A program made the position numbers and the translations under genes. From Podarcis gaigeae (Eukaryota), in assembly GCA_964106915.2 (NCBI GenBank), contig OZ066915.1: DNA of 64,000 nucleotides, one strand, 5' to 3'. The notes below the pieces were generated by a model. It saw nothing but the letters and a program-made list of their open reading frames with translations, was not told the origin of the DNA and did no database searches. Positions 1 to 13,150 of the stretch are shown one piece after another; within the stretch, counting starts at the first letter, position 1, and every line of letters starts with the position of its first letter.

Positions 1-611
1 CTCTTAAGTCTGTTAAGTTTTCCCCTCTGCAGCTGATACCAGCTTTGGAAGGGGTAGTTTAGGTGAAGGCAGTAGTGTAAAGGCAGAGGGTCAGTGCCCC
101 TCACTGTAGCCCTAAACTAAATGGAAGGGGCCATGCCTGGTTTTGGAGAAATTAAACAGCATCAGGAGCATAGGCTAGTCCTACTGTTAGAAGAGGTGGT
201 CACTTCAGGCATCAAAGGCAAGGGGCAAAGATGGGTGAGGACCTGTTGAAGGGCAGAGCCATGAAACCTGTTCTGCTTTCCTTAAGCTAGCCTGCTTTCC
301 TCAGGTGCAGTGGAGGATGTTCTGCTGCTGACAGCATTGAAGTAAGATTAAGTTTGGTTGGCTTTCGTATCTGAAATGGGAGGGAGGGTGCCATCTTGTC
401 CTTCACCTCTTGGGCTGGTCCTGATCAGGCGATCCAATTACAGAACATCCATACCATGCGCAGTGCTTGACCATTCTGAATTGGTGATGAGAAATTTGCA
501 AATAAAGGTGTATTAATGCCAGCTGAAACTAATGTTAGATGTATAATTTCATGAAAGACAACTGTTGCCTAATTAGATATGGAATTGTTTCCTTTTGCCA
601 TTTTGAATCAG

Positions 612-641
612 ATTTGTGTGCCAAAAAAGAAAAGATACCTA
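612..641 (+). CDS. CACNA1D: CACNA1D candidate cassette microexon 30a (10 aa, ICVPKKKRYL) in the IVS2-S3 loop
   Basis: ttttgccattttgaatcag|ATT...CTA|gtaagt: pyrimidine tract, AG, 30 nt open in phase 0, consensus donor. It lies upstream of exon 31 and resembles the basic 10-aa chicken hair-cell insert as I recall it. Confidence 0.75.
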
Positions 642-2796
642 GTAAGTAGATGTACATTGGGTTTTTGCAGTGATGAAAGCTGTGAGATGTGTGATGCAAG
701 TATACTTGCTGTGACTTGTCCATATATTGCATTCTCCCTTTTCCAGAGTCATCTTTATTTCTTTTACTTAGTGTTATCTATTTATTTTTTTATGTTTGCT
801 TGCTTTGGCTTTGCACATTGCTGGGAACAATATTTGTACACGCTGACAGGAAAGGTTTGCCTTAAGAGATTGATATGTGACATGTTGTTCCAATATTCTG
901 GCAGGTCCCATAGTATCTCCACTGGACTCCTTCCTTCCACGTAGAAAGTCTGCACAAGGCTCTCACACCACGATGATAGGGTCTTCTAATTGCTTCCTGC
1001 TCAGTAACTCATGTTCTGCTTGAGGGGAAGGTTTTCAGCCCATCAGCATTTCTTTAGGGGTGTCTGATTCCTGTCCATGGACATTCTTCAAATACTTGAA
1101 AGTTGTCACATAGGACCCAAACCAATGAGTTCCAAAGCTATGATTCTAATAGAAACATGGCTCACAATGCTTTATATTGCTTGAAATTCTTTTTTATGCT
1201 AATATTCTAAGAACAGAATGTGAAATTACAAAGAAAAATGAAGACTGTATTTCTTAGGCCCTCTCTTCATGGGATAATCATGGGATTATCAGGAAAGAAC
1301 CTGATAATAAAACTCCATACCCTTTAGAGATTTCATTGAACAGATGAGTGTTCAGAAATATCTGGTGGTTTGGAATAACCCAAGTAATAAACTCTGGAAG
1401 TGCTAATTATGCTGGTTTGTTTGTTTTTATTTTCCTTCCCAAATTTGAGATTAAAAGATACACTAGTAGTACAGAGCTGAACTGTTTCAAAGCTGTTTTA
1501 AAAATATTTCTCAATAAGCACACACAAGTAGCTTAAAACGAGCAAGGGGCTTAAATGCTGCCCATTAGCTTTATGTAGTCTGTCTTGCCTTTCACCATTA
1601 TGTCGCAGTGTTTCTGTTCTGAGCACCATCTTTTTCCATTTCAAATTGACTTGGTTCATTTTCAAGCACTTCTTAAGGAATCTTAATCATACAGCTATCA
1701 AAACCGTCTGCATATGAGTGGTGCAATTTTGGGTTGGCTACCCTACTTTATCCCACACATATGTTTCACTGCTACTCTGCTGATCTTTTGATTTTCAGTA
1801 CTATGTTAGCTTTCTCAACTCGTAGAAGCACACATTTACATCTCCTTCTCCCCTGAATCTTCTGAGTGCTGTAATTTTAGCTTTTTCACAGCTCATGCCT
1901 ACAGGGAATTTTTTTTCATAAACAACAGTGGTGATGCATCAGAGTATGGAAGGACATCCTGTACAAGAAACCTGGGGGAGGCAATTTGCAACCAACTGAT
2001 CTTACTGCTGCCCAAGGCTCAGCTTTTCCCCCAAATAGGCATGCTATAGGAATTTGATTTCTGTCATTTCCGGTGCAAACTGACATGATATGCACACTCT
2101 GGGCCTAATGTGTGGATCAAAATCTAATGAGCCCCTGGGATTGTGCACTTATACAAATTTTGTAATCCACTGCTTGGTTCAAAAAATGTACCGTTCCTCC
2201 CCCCCCCCCCCTAAAAAATGTGTATTTTGGCCTAAAATACATTTAGAAGTGTAAATGCATTTAAATATTTCATTTAAAAAATAATCACAGAATAATGCAG
2301 AAGGCAGATGGAATGGATTTATGAATAAGCCCGTGTGAAATTGTCACAGAGTGGGAATAGATTAATCTGCCTATCTCCAGCCCCAGTAGTTTGGGAGAAC
2401 AGAATAGCCACCCTAAGTTGTAGTATAGTTTCCAACCTTTTACCCTTTGGAAAAGGATTGGAAGGTGAACTCCTCTGAGGGCAGGGGTATGGAACTTCTG
2501 GCCTGTGGGCCTAATCAGACCCACCAACAGAATCCAATTTCCACCCTGTCCTGTACAAACCTGTTTACACTGCTCACAGATTCACTGCTCTTCAGATTCC
2601 TGTCAGCATGTGGGGATCAAATCATGTCACATATCAGCCTTTCCTTCAGTAGACAATATTGTTTGGTTTTTCTCATGACACCATGGATTTTTGTTTGAAG
2701 TAATTTCTGTTTATGAAAAAACTAAACAGAAGTATGCAAATATTTTGACATTTCATGTGTAATCACAAACGTTTGCACCCTGCCTGCTCTGTTCAG

Positions 2797-2880
2797 GGCT
2801 ATTTTAGTGATGCCTGGAACTCGTTTGACTCCCTCGTCGTTATTGGCAGCATAGTAGACATCGTTCTCAGTGAAGCCGAT
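2797..2880 (+). CDS. CACNA1D: CACNA1D exon 31 variant 1 (IVS3): [28 protein letters not shown]
   Basis: ttcag|GGC...GAT|gtgagt, 84 nt, phase 0, typical Cav1 IVS3 sequence. Confidence 0.97.
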
Positions 2881-3197
2881 GTGAGTATACCCCAGCCAAA
2901 CCCCTTCAGTCCCACTTCTCTCTTTTCTGTTTTCCTACTTATTTCTATTATCTGGACAAGTCACAGAATTTGGATGTATTTGTAAACTGAATGCAAGCCA
3001 TTCATAGTTCAGCTATGGCAATTTAGGAAAACAACTAGCTGCTGTTGGCTTCCCATTTTCTCAGACTTGAGGTGAAAAATGCAGTACTGGTGCATTGCGG
3101 AAGCTCAGATTGTGTTTCTGTGTTATAACACTGTCCTTTTTCTTCTCTTTCTTTTCTGTTTCTGTTTTCTCGTGCTACTGAATGCTTGTCCTAACAG

Positions 3198-3281
3198 CAC
3201 TATTTCACTGATGCATGGAACACTTTTGATGCCTTAATTGTTGTTGGTAGCGTCGTTGATATTGCTATAACAGAAGTTAAT
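3198..3281 (+). CDS. CACNA1D: CACNA1D exon 31 variant 2 (IVS3, mutually exclusive): [28 protein letters not shown]
   Basis: ctaacag|CAC...AAT|gtaagt, 84 nt, paralogous to 2797-2880. Not present in the ORF track. Confidence 0.97.
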
Positions 3282-6200
3282 GTAAGTAACCACCATTCAC
3301 CTCACTACAAAGTAATTGCTGTCCGTCAGAATAGAATAGAAAAGTATAAATAGAATTAACGACCCATGAATCCCAACACCCTTTTTGGTTTTGTTTCCGA
3401 GGAAGGAATTGTTTTAGTACTGTGTGAAGCAGTGGTTCTATCATTAACGCAGTAATGGCTGCTGACGGATGCACAAAAGCTAAGACAGAATGAATTCAAG
3501 GCCATCCTATTACAAAGGTGTCTAAAGGAAATTCAGACCTGTACAACCTGTTGATTCTCCAGTGTCTCATATTTGACCAACTATAAATAGTCGCTGGATT
3601 GGGGCTGAGTGAACTTCCTGCTTTGTTGCCTGCCTGGGATTAAAAATAAATGGCTGAGGGGCTGAACTTGATTTGATGACTCATAGGTTGCCTAGACCTG
3701 ATTAGTGTAAGCAACTGGGGAACCTCCATTGCTTTTGGAGAATTCACTTTATTGGCCATGTCTGCGATGCAATTGTAGTGTATTTCTAAGCTTTTTTTTT
3801 TAGAGCTGCTGCTTGCTGCCCTGCCTCCAAATACCTTATTCCTCTTCTCCCAAAGGAAACAGTCTCCATATTTCCATTAGAAGGTAGATAGTAGGTAGAT
3901 AGTTCCCATTTCCTGAGGGTTATAGAGCTCCACGAAAGATTTTATTCAAGTCCAACAGGATTCAAGCAGTTTCCAAATTAGAGTTTTTCCCCTTCTTAGA
4001 CATTCACTTGCACAGATAAATAACCATTCTCTTCCATCATCTCTGAGTTCAGGGTTCTGGAGATTTTTTTAAATCTTAAACCCTCTTCAGACTTAAATGA
4101 ACTCACTGTTCTTGTTGTTCTCTGTAAATTAGAGGACAAAGGTCTGAATTGGGAAACTTCCTTGATCGTTGGAGCCTTCCCACACATTTTAGAACTCTAA
4201 TTTTCCAGGGTTCTAAAACACATAGGGAACTTCCACAAGTACAAGAGGGCTTAGAATTCAGGTGGCCATACTTCCAACTCATGGAAGAAGACATAAGACT
4301 TTCAAAATTGATTCTTGAATCTTAATACCTAGCAGATGCCATGTGTTATGGTCCTATAGAAATACTGTCCTCTGGCTTTCTGGAGTACAGTGTTCATAAG
4401 AAAGCACACAGATACCACCAAATTTTATTTTCATGCATATATCTCACACATGAGGGTTTCTCATCTGAATGAAACTTTGATTGAACATATTCTCCTCTTT
4501 GCCCTTGAGACATACACAGATCTTGGCACATTCTACTGCTCTGTGGCCTCTAAATATTAAAGAAAAGGGGACAGTGAAAGTAGGGCCCAGGAAGTACCGT
4601 CACTGATTATCAGCTGGTAAAGTTTAGTGGGCACAGATGAAGCAAAGAACTGGGGTGGGTTTGGAGAACCCCCAGAACAGCATGCATGAGAGGGGAGTGG
4701 GGATCATTTTGTCTGGCAAGCTTAAAACTTCTGCTGATAGAACAGTCAGAAGAGTGTGATGCTGGATTCCTCCCTTTCTATTTGCACATTCCTCATTTAG
4801 AAGAAAAGTTGCTCCAGATTCAAAACCTGGACTTCCAGATGTAATAAAATGAAATATTTTTGATTCTTGCTTGCTCAATGTTTTTGCATTTAGGGGGCAC
4901 ATAAAGATTTGTTCACCAAGCAATACTTCAGCCCAAAACATAACTAATTCAGAATAGCAGATACTCAGATGCTCAACCCTATGCAAAAAATACTTTCCTT
5001 GAAAACATATCCAGTTTCTTTAAGAACTGAGCTGCCTGCTGTAAACAGAGCTGACAGCTTAGCATATATTGTAGTTTACACATTTGACTTGCAATGAATA
5101 GATACTTTCACACTGTGTACTAATAACATCTATAATAATCTGTGTCTTCTTCTTTTAAAGATACTAATGTCAGGTTATTTATAATCCTAGAAAAATGCCG
5201 TTCTTGAGAGTGGCCAAGAAGACTTTAAAATTAAAGTTTAATATTTTCAAATACTACCCCCCCAATTAAATTATACACTATTTTTACTCTAACCTTAAAA
5301 TGCTGTTTTAAACAAGCAATGTGCCTTCTCTTTGATGTTTTTTTAATCCAGTAATGACTGAAATCCTCTGTAATGAGGGCCTAAAACCTTGTCATATATA
5401 TTGGGACAGGAATAGATTAATACTCCTCACTAGAGTAATGACCAGATCCATGCCTAATAATTTTAAACTTATCCTTATTCCTTAACTTGTTTTAGAAATG
5501 AGGAGGAGGCTGGTTAGGCATTAGTTTCTGAACTTGATATGTAGAGCATTGGGCTCATGCACACGTATGCACCATCCTCTCTGGGTAAAAATATTTATTA
5601 CATTTTTATCCCATCATCCTTCCAAGGAACTCAGATTGGTGTAAATGGTTTGCCTTTTCCTGTTTTATTCTCATTCAGCAACCCTGTAGGTTGGGTAGTG
5701 TGAGAGAAGATGATTGGGCGAAAGTTAGCCAATGAGATTTGAAGCTAACCAGGTTTCTCTGACCTGAATCTTGACATACAATTGAGTTCAGCATGCTGGT
5801 TCTCCGGAAGCATTGAACAACTTGGCTAAATACCATATTAATCTGAATTATCGTGGATTTCTCTGAATTTGTTTTGCCTCTCTCTTTTGAAACAGAGGGT
5901 CAAATAGTGGATTCAGAGAAATCCACGATACAACTTGATGTGCTTTTCTAGTGGGACCAAAATTACTTTCTACTGTGGGGCAAGGAACTAGGGATGATGC
6001 ATGAGCATGCAAGACCACAAAACACGTCCCATTTAAAATAAGGTACCATTTGAGTTTCCTTTCAGTGTCTTGAGTACCAGCTGTCATCTTTAAATTTGCC
6101 TAACTGCATGCTTCTTATGTGAAAGCAATGTCTCCATGGTGGTGCATTCTTGGAAATGGAAGTAGCTCTAGGCCCATAAACAAGATGGTGACATCAATTT

Positions 6201-6380
6201 GCAGTATGGCAACATTTGCTATATCAAAATAATATCAATAGTCATTTGTACAAGAACGATTTTGACGCATTTATACAAGTGAGCAACTTGGACTTCTTAA
6301 ATACTATTATATTCTACTCTATTGTAGCATTGCGAATATGTGTCAGCCTTATAATATTTGTGATACTCTAGGATTGGGAA

Positions 6381-6743
6381 GGGACGCGGGTGGCGCTGTG
6401 GGTTAAAGCCTCAGTGCCTAGGGCTTGCCGATCGAAAGGTTGGTGGTTCGAATCCCCGCCGCGGGGTGCGCTCCCGTTGCTTGGTCCCAGCGCCTGCCAA
6501 CCTAGCAGTTCGAAAGCACCCCCGGGTGCAAGTAGATAAATAGGGACCACTTACTGGTGGGAAGGTAAATGGCGTTTCCGTGTGCTGCGCTGGCTCACCA
6601 GATGCAGCTTTGTCACGCTGGCCACGTGACCCGGACGTGTCTCCGGACAGCGCTGGCCCCTGGCCTCTTAAGTGAGATGGGCGCACAACCCCAGAGTCTG
6701 TCAAGACTGGCCCGTACGGGCAGGGGTACCTTTACCTTTACCT
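6381..6743 (+). mobile_element. Full-length Sauria-type tRNA-derived SINE
   Basis: GGGACGCGGGTGGCGCTGTGG head, B box GGTTCGAATCC, (ACCTTT)n tail, 12-bp TSD TAGGATTGGGAA (6369-6380 / 6744-6755). Confidence 0.93.
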
Positions 6744-9069
6744 TAGGATTGGGAAATGAAGTTCACCAAGCTTCCAGAGAAACTTTGGGGAGGAGAGGGA
6801 CAGGAAACTGCTGTAGGATACACTCAAAAGCCTAGAAAATGTCTTGAAACTCCACTTCAATGTTTATTGTTGCATTTGTTTCAGTAAACTCAGGGACAGG
6901 TACCTTAACCTTACGGTAACCAGTCAGATAGGTTATGCTAAGAGAGAGCTACTTGCTCTGCAATGAACTTCTAGACCAATCGGCGTTCCCCACATGTAAA
7001 CCCAGCACTTTAGCCACTACTCCATTCTGAACCAAAGCCTGCAGGAATAGGTGTGTTGTGAGAATTATAGTTCAAATATTGTGCTATATTGTGTTACTGC
7101 TGAATTTCATGCATTTCTGTTGTGTTGTTTTAACTGGTTTTCATGTTCATTTTACTTTTAGAAATTTTTAAAGGCAAGTGAATATATACGGTATAAGAGT
7201 TTACAGATCAAAAGGTCTGTTAAAGGCCATAACATATCTTTGTATATTTGCTCACATTTTGTCTAAAGGAAATGCCACATTGTACACAAAACCCCTGAAC
7301 GACTCTAGTCATCTAAATGGTTCCATCTCACTCAGACATGTGAGTTATTCGTGAACATTACATTCTGGAGACCAACTATATAATTATTAATTGAAGGGCC
7401 TATTTCGTACCATTTTTCCTTGGATATCCTAGTGGGCCTTAATTGTGCTACACTTCTATACATATGTACTGTAAATAACCACCAAACTTTCACCTCACTT
7501 GAAAGAAATTAGTTGGACGATTTCTGAAATGCCGTTTTGGGACATTCAGACGCCTTGGCCCTGTAAGGATTGTCATGTTCTCAATTTTAGCATGTCAAGG
7601 GTAAGAAACAGTTTGGATGGCTATTGCGGGGTTCCTCAAGAGCATGTTCACTTTGTGTTACACTGCTTGATTTTTTAAAAAGCTTCAGTCATGGTGGTGT
7701 AGAAGAAAGAGCAGGTTGATTATTATTTTTTATAAATGCCATTTACTTTGCCTGTTTGATGGACTGCTAACAGAAAGCACTGAAAGGGTGCACTGTCAGA
7801 CTTAGTAGTTGTCAAGGTTAGGGCAAGATGTACATAGCCAGTAAGAGCAGAGTCTTAAAGCTGCTCAGAACAGCAAACAAACATATCCCAAAAGTCTTTT
7901 CCACGTCCTGAAAGTATCAACTGATCTGAGGTTTTCTGCAATTGCGGGTTACCTCCTTTCAGTTTCTTCACTGGTCAGGACCAGGTGGTGGTATTCAGGA
8001 CTAGGTGATTGCTGCCTTGCTTTCTCACGAGTCCTGACAACTATCTGCTCTCTTATATCTCCTATCTAGTGAACTTCATTAGCAGTAAACATGTTTACAA
8101 TGAAACAGGGTCTCAAGTAAACGGATGGAATTTGCTTAAGAAAACCTAATCATATTGCTATCACCTGAAAAGTTTCCTGAAGATTATTGAGCAATTACAT
8201 TTACATGCCACCCATCTCCCAGTGGTCACAGGGTTACAACCACAAGCATCATGAACAAACTTAGTTAACAGGACTTTCTACCTCTGGCTGGTAGTTTTGG
8301 AGAGACTGTATCCAGTACACTTCCAACCACTACAGTCCATACATGCCAAGAAGCAAGTTACTTGATAATGCTTTAATGTAAATAGCATTTTTATAGTGCA
8401 TCTCAGATTCCCAGAGTGGTGAGATATAATTATATGCCAACTACAGTGGCCCTCTATTTTCCCCTCCCTAATTGTCCACAGTGCGTTGGAAAGAGGACTA
8501 CAGGACCAGTGTCCTTTGTGCGCAATCTGGAGGGCAAGGTTCATGCTTCTTTGACATAGGGGGGAAATAACTGGCTTTGTGCATTTCCTGCCCTTCCAGT
8601 TTTGCACTAAAACATCAAGCCAGTAGTGTTGAATATGGGGCGTTTTTCTTAAGAAGCACCTGGTTCACTTTGGCACTAAATGATTGTTAAATAGAAGCAG
8701 GAGTAGGCATGAAGAAGTGCAACCATCCCTCACATGAGTGGTGTTTCATCACAAGGGTGGCTCTTTTTGGAGTGCTTGTGTAATTTTTATCTAGAATTAA
8801 TTAACACATGAATACTAAACCAAAAACAACTGAAGCTAATGTATGTGTTCTTCTTGGTTCATTGATCTTACAATCACTTTGTAATATTTTCAGTGACTTT
8901 AACTCTGCAGCATTACCTTATTTTGGTTTTTATTATTTTATTTATTTTGTTACTTTTTATAATTTTTTGTGTTTTGTGCTTCTTGTTTTTAACACTTTTG
9001 TAAGTCACATTAGGCTGTGTTTTAAGTGGAAGGGAGGAGTGTCAGTTATCTGAAACAACCAAATAAAAT

Positions 9070-9375
9070 ATCCACCCATATAGGATTTAGTGGACTATTA
9101 TTGTGGTAAATGGTGGCTGGAAGGCACCTTGTATGTCTCCTTCCAGGAACTGCTGCAGCCAGCTGGTGCCAAACATACTGCTTTCCTTTCCTTTGGACCA
9201 CATCAGTGAGGCCAAGAGAAGGGTGGTCTTGCCATCTGGGCAGCCCAGGACCTCCATACACACTGCCCAGGCTTGTGCCCTGGGGAGGTCACTTCAGTGC
9301 TGCTAATGCAGTGGTTTGACTTCACCCCCAGAGACACACTCCATTGTTTCTTGAGACAGACTGATGCAAACAAAC
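9070..9375 (+). mobile_element. Probable non-LTR retroelement fragment, family not identified, boundaries approximate
   Basis: GC-richer block ending in gagacagactgatgcaaacaaaca, a CAA-type tail. It contains several nested stems. Confidence 0.4.
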
Positions 9376-11034
9376 AGTGTGAAATTAGAATAAAGATGGA
9401 GGTGAGCATGACTTGGCACGGCTGAGGGCATCTCCAGAAAAGGCGTTTTTCCTGAATCCCCAACAAGAAACTCAATTGTGGCGAAACTTTCTTTTTCAAT
9501 GCTCAGATTTCTGAATCCAATTTTTTAATGGAAATGTGATTCTCTCCCCCCCCCCCCCTTAGAAAGCAAATCCTTTCAGGTTAATAGGGTTATTTGGATT
9601 GTAGCTGTATAATGATCAGGGCCTGCCCAATACATTTGGTACCTGAGATGATCCACAAAATGGTGCCCCCCTACCCACCAGGGAGGGGTGAGTAGAAGAT
9701 CAACATCAGGAACAAGGGCGGAACAAAGATCTACATTGGGATCTGCTGCTCCTGTCAGTCTTGCCGCATGAGGCCGTTACCTCACCTTATTTCATGGGTG
9801 GGCTGGCCCCGATAATTGTTGCAGTATAAACTACTGCAATCATTCCCTCTTAACAGCAAATTCAGATGGTTGGATGCCATCAGTTTAGAAGTGAAACTGG
9901 ACTGTCCCAAAATGGAAGTAGTTTCCACAGAGGCAGGTGATTTCCTAGGTACTCAGATGTATATTAGTTTGATAATTAAAAAAAGAAGGCATTTTTAGCA
10001 ATGGTTTGACATGAACCTGTGAGGTTTAGGTCTTAAAGAATAAATATAACAAACCTATAGAGATAAAAAAAGTCTATAGGAACTCGCATCCTGTCTGGAG
10101 ATAGAACTTCCAGGTTCCCACTGAATGCCAAAGGCCTGAGCTCCTGTCTTTGTTGCTGTTTGGCTGTGCACGTGTATGCACTGCTATATAGTCTTCGATT
10201 TCTCCATTGTTTTCTATTGGTGGTTCTCAGTTTCACCCTAGGGAAGAAGAATGGAGTTCTTAAGGAATGAGAATGATACAGCTCTACTAGCTCTGGATGA
10301 TCCAATATAATGCCACATTAGTATTCAGACTGTAGTTGGTTGCTATCATCTGTTAAGAAAGCCCTAATAGCCAAATATGAAGATTATATATAGTGGCCCA
10401 GGGTTTTGAATGGGGCGTGCTTAAGCATGATAGTAGCAGCAACACTCTCATAGTGTTGTTCTTAACAAACAATCCCATGTCTAGGGCATCATAACCCTAT
10501 CCTCAGCAGGTGCAGGTTAGCTGCTACAAACAGATGGTTAAGACTGCTTCGTTTGAAGCCAAAGGAGATATGTGATGACAGGAAGGGACAGAGAAAAGTT
10601 CCTCCTTTAAGCAGAAAAACAAACAGAATTTTGTGTCATTCTCCTGAATACCTGTCCCACTGTTTGTTTGAGGATGATGCGTTTCTTAAATATTGATTGG
10701 ACAGAAGATTGTTTTGCCCTTAATGGTTGGACAAATGATTCGCCAACGTGTTGCATGAGTCGCACTACTTCTATCAGCAGCACAGGTTGCATTTTTCTAG
10801 CTTAATGATTGGACGGTAAGCATTCTTAAGAAGGCATACAAAATTAAAAAGTAAACTGAGTACATTCCAGTATAGTGGCCTCCGCTGCTGTAGGCAAACT
10901 GAGGAAACTAGCATTGAGAGTTACAATACGTATATGAAATATACAAAATATTTACAGATGCAAAATAGGTGGCGAGAGGTAAGAAGGAAGGTACAGCATG
11001 CATGATGCAGGGTCCCTGTTCAAGCATTTTAATG

Positions 11035-11149
11035 CAGTGTTCTTCAGCCTTGGGTTCCCAAATGTTGTTGGACTACAACTCCTATCATTCCCAGGCAGGT
11101 GATGACTGTTGTAGTCCAACACCTGAGAACCCAAGATTGAAGAGCACTT
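11035..11149. mobile_element. hAT-type MITE (fold-back)
   Basis: TIRs cagtgttcttcagccttgggttc / gaacccaagattgaagagcact, internal ggactacaac/gttgtagtcc stem, 8-bp TSD ttttaatg/ttctaatg. Related degenerate copies lie near 15200-15330, 17810-17930, 51025-51150 and 57755-57890. Confidence 0.7.
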
Positions 11150-12809
11150 TTCTAATGAATACACATAGGTTAAGGTGTTCCTGCCACCATCATCCATTTT
11201 GCTCAAATGGGCACCTGAGAAGGACTATTGTCTATTAATTAGGCTGCAGTCTTAACCATACTTACCTGGGAGTAAACACTACTAAACATAGTGAACCTGT
11301 TTTCTGAGTAAATGTGAGTAAAAGTTTAATATGTAATATTCAGGTGTGTGTGTGCTATTTTAAATGTATTAGAACATTTAAAGATAAGCAAAACACTGCT
11401 AGTTTTTAGCTCACTTGAGGCTGCTAAACTGCAGTTTATAAACAAAGGTTTTTTACATATGGGAAATCTGTGTTGCAGAGCGAGCATGCTTTATTTGAGG
11501 AACTATTAAAATAAGATATAGTAGCCCTCTTCTTCCATAGGCACAAACATTAGGAGACAGCACCTCATGTGCTTCAGCCAATGTTCAATCAATATTTTGA
11601 CAGTCTGTGTGTCTGCTCAAATAGCACCTGTGGTTGATATAAGTAGGTCATACTGTAACTTCATAATCATGTGGAGCCTTTAGAAGAGTCTGTCTGTATC
11701 TATAGTTGGCTGATAGTGCTGAGTGCCTCTTTTTATATCTCAGCTATCTCTGTCTTGTGAGTCTTAAACCTCTCCACTCTCTGTATAAGTGATTATGTGA
11801 TCTGTGCTTTTCTGTCCTGCCCTGTCTTGCCTGTATTGATTTGCCTATCTGACCACAATATCTTAACTCCCATTCTTCTGTTCTCTTAAGAATAGCAGTA
11901 AGTAATGATGCGTACAGTGATAGTGAGCGCTCATAAGAGCACATTAAGAGCACGTCTGGATCAGACAGCAGAAGGCATCCTGTCTAAAAGCATGCCTAGC
12001 AACTGGTTTCCCACAGTGGCCAACCAGATGCCCGTTTATTTTATTTTGGTCTATCTATATCCTGCCCTGTACCCAGATAGCTCTGGATGGGGAACGATAA
12101 AATTCAACTAAACGCTGAAATCTCAATTAAAATTAGCACAACACACCAAAATAATACAATGAAACAGCATGCCCCCAATATTCAGACAGTGGCACAAGTG
12201 CCCAAAGGCCTAAATAAGCAGCTTGGTTTATAGTTTCCAGCTGTGTAGAGAAAGCATTCCAGAGCCTATGGGAAGCCCACAAGCAGGCAGTGAGCACAAG
12301 AGTCCTCTCGTGCTGTTGTCCCCTGTGACTGGCGCTCCTAGGAATGTTGCCTCTGACCCTTGAGGTAGACTAGTAGCCATTGGTAGCCTTATTCTCTATG
12401 AATTTAATTGTGTGCACAGCATCAGACTGTACCATAAAGATGCGCTGTCAACATTTCACAGTTCTTTCCCTAACAATGTTCCATTCACTTGGCAGTGCAT
12501 GCAAATTACTTTATGCAAACAATTTCTTTCCATTCCTGTTACTATTTTGTTTGTGGTGTCCCCTTTCTTTCTTTTTTAAAAGCACTACAGTACAGCTACA
12601 AATACTGTTTCCTTTTCTAAACAATCCAGCACCATATTATGTCCCCACATGACCAATGAGAAATAGTTTAGCTAGGGTGGAGATCTCATGTACATTGCAA
12701 CAATCTCTCAAGTGGATTATCCATCTCTTTTTCAGGAGAGAAGTTGTGATTTAGTACATTTTTATCCTTCCATTCCTCCAAGGAGCACAAGGCCTAGTTC
12801 TCTCCCTTG

Positions 12810-13150
12810 GGTCTGGTCTGGAAGCTCCATCTGCTGCAGGATGCAGTGGCTAAATTGCTGATGGAGCCAGATAGCTCACAGTATGTGACAACTCTGCTAA
12901 AACACTTGTGCTGACTACTCATATGCTACCAGGCCAAGTTCAAGGTTATCATGTTAATATACAAAGCCCTGAACAATTTGGGTCCAGGACACTTTAAATC
13001 CCAGCTCAGTCAGTGATCTTCCTGAGGAGCACTGTTAGTGGTTCCCCATGTTTCAGAATACCAGCTGCCTTGAAATAGAAGTTGAGTGTCTCCAATCTCA
13101 TGCTGTGGAATACCTCTTCTAACAAAGACATGGCAGGCACCTGTTTCTCC
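12810..13150 (+). mobile_element. Degenerate L2-clade LINE ORF2 3' fragment
   Basis: Translates to KLHLLQDAVAKLL...KFKVIMLIYKALNNLGPG, typical of the L2 ORF2 C-terminus. Confidence 0.7.

Noticed and set aside
579-944. 121-aa ORF as an independent gene
   Set aside because: Only 612-641 has splice signals and a meaningful peptide. The rest is T-rich intron read-through.
6381-6460. tRNA gene (A/B boxes)
   Set aside because: This is the tRNA-derived head of a SINE, continuous with the SINE body, tail and TSD.
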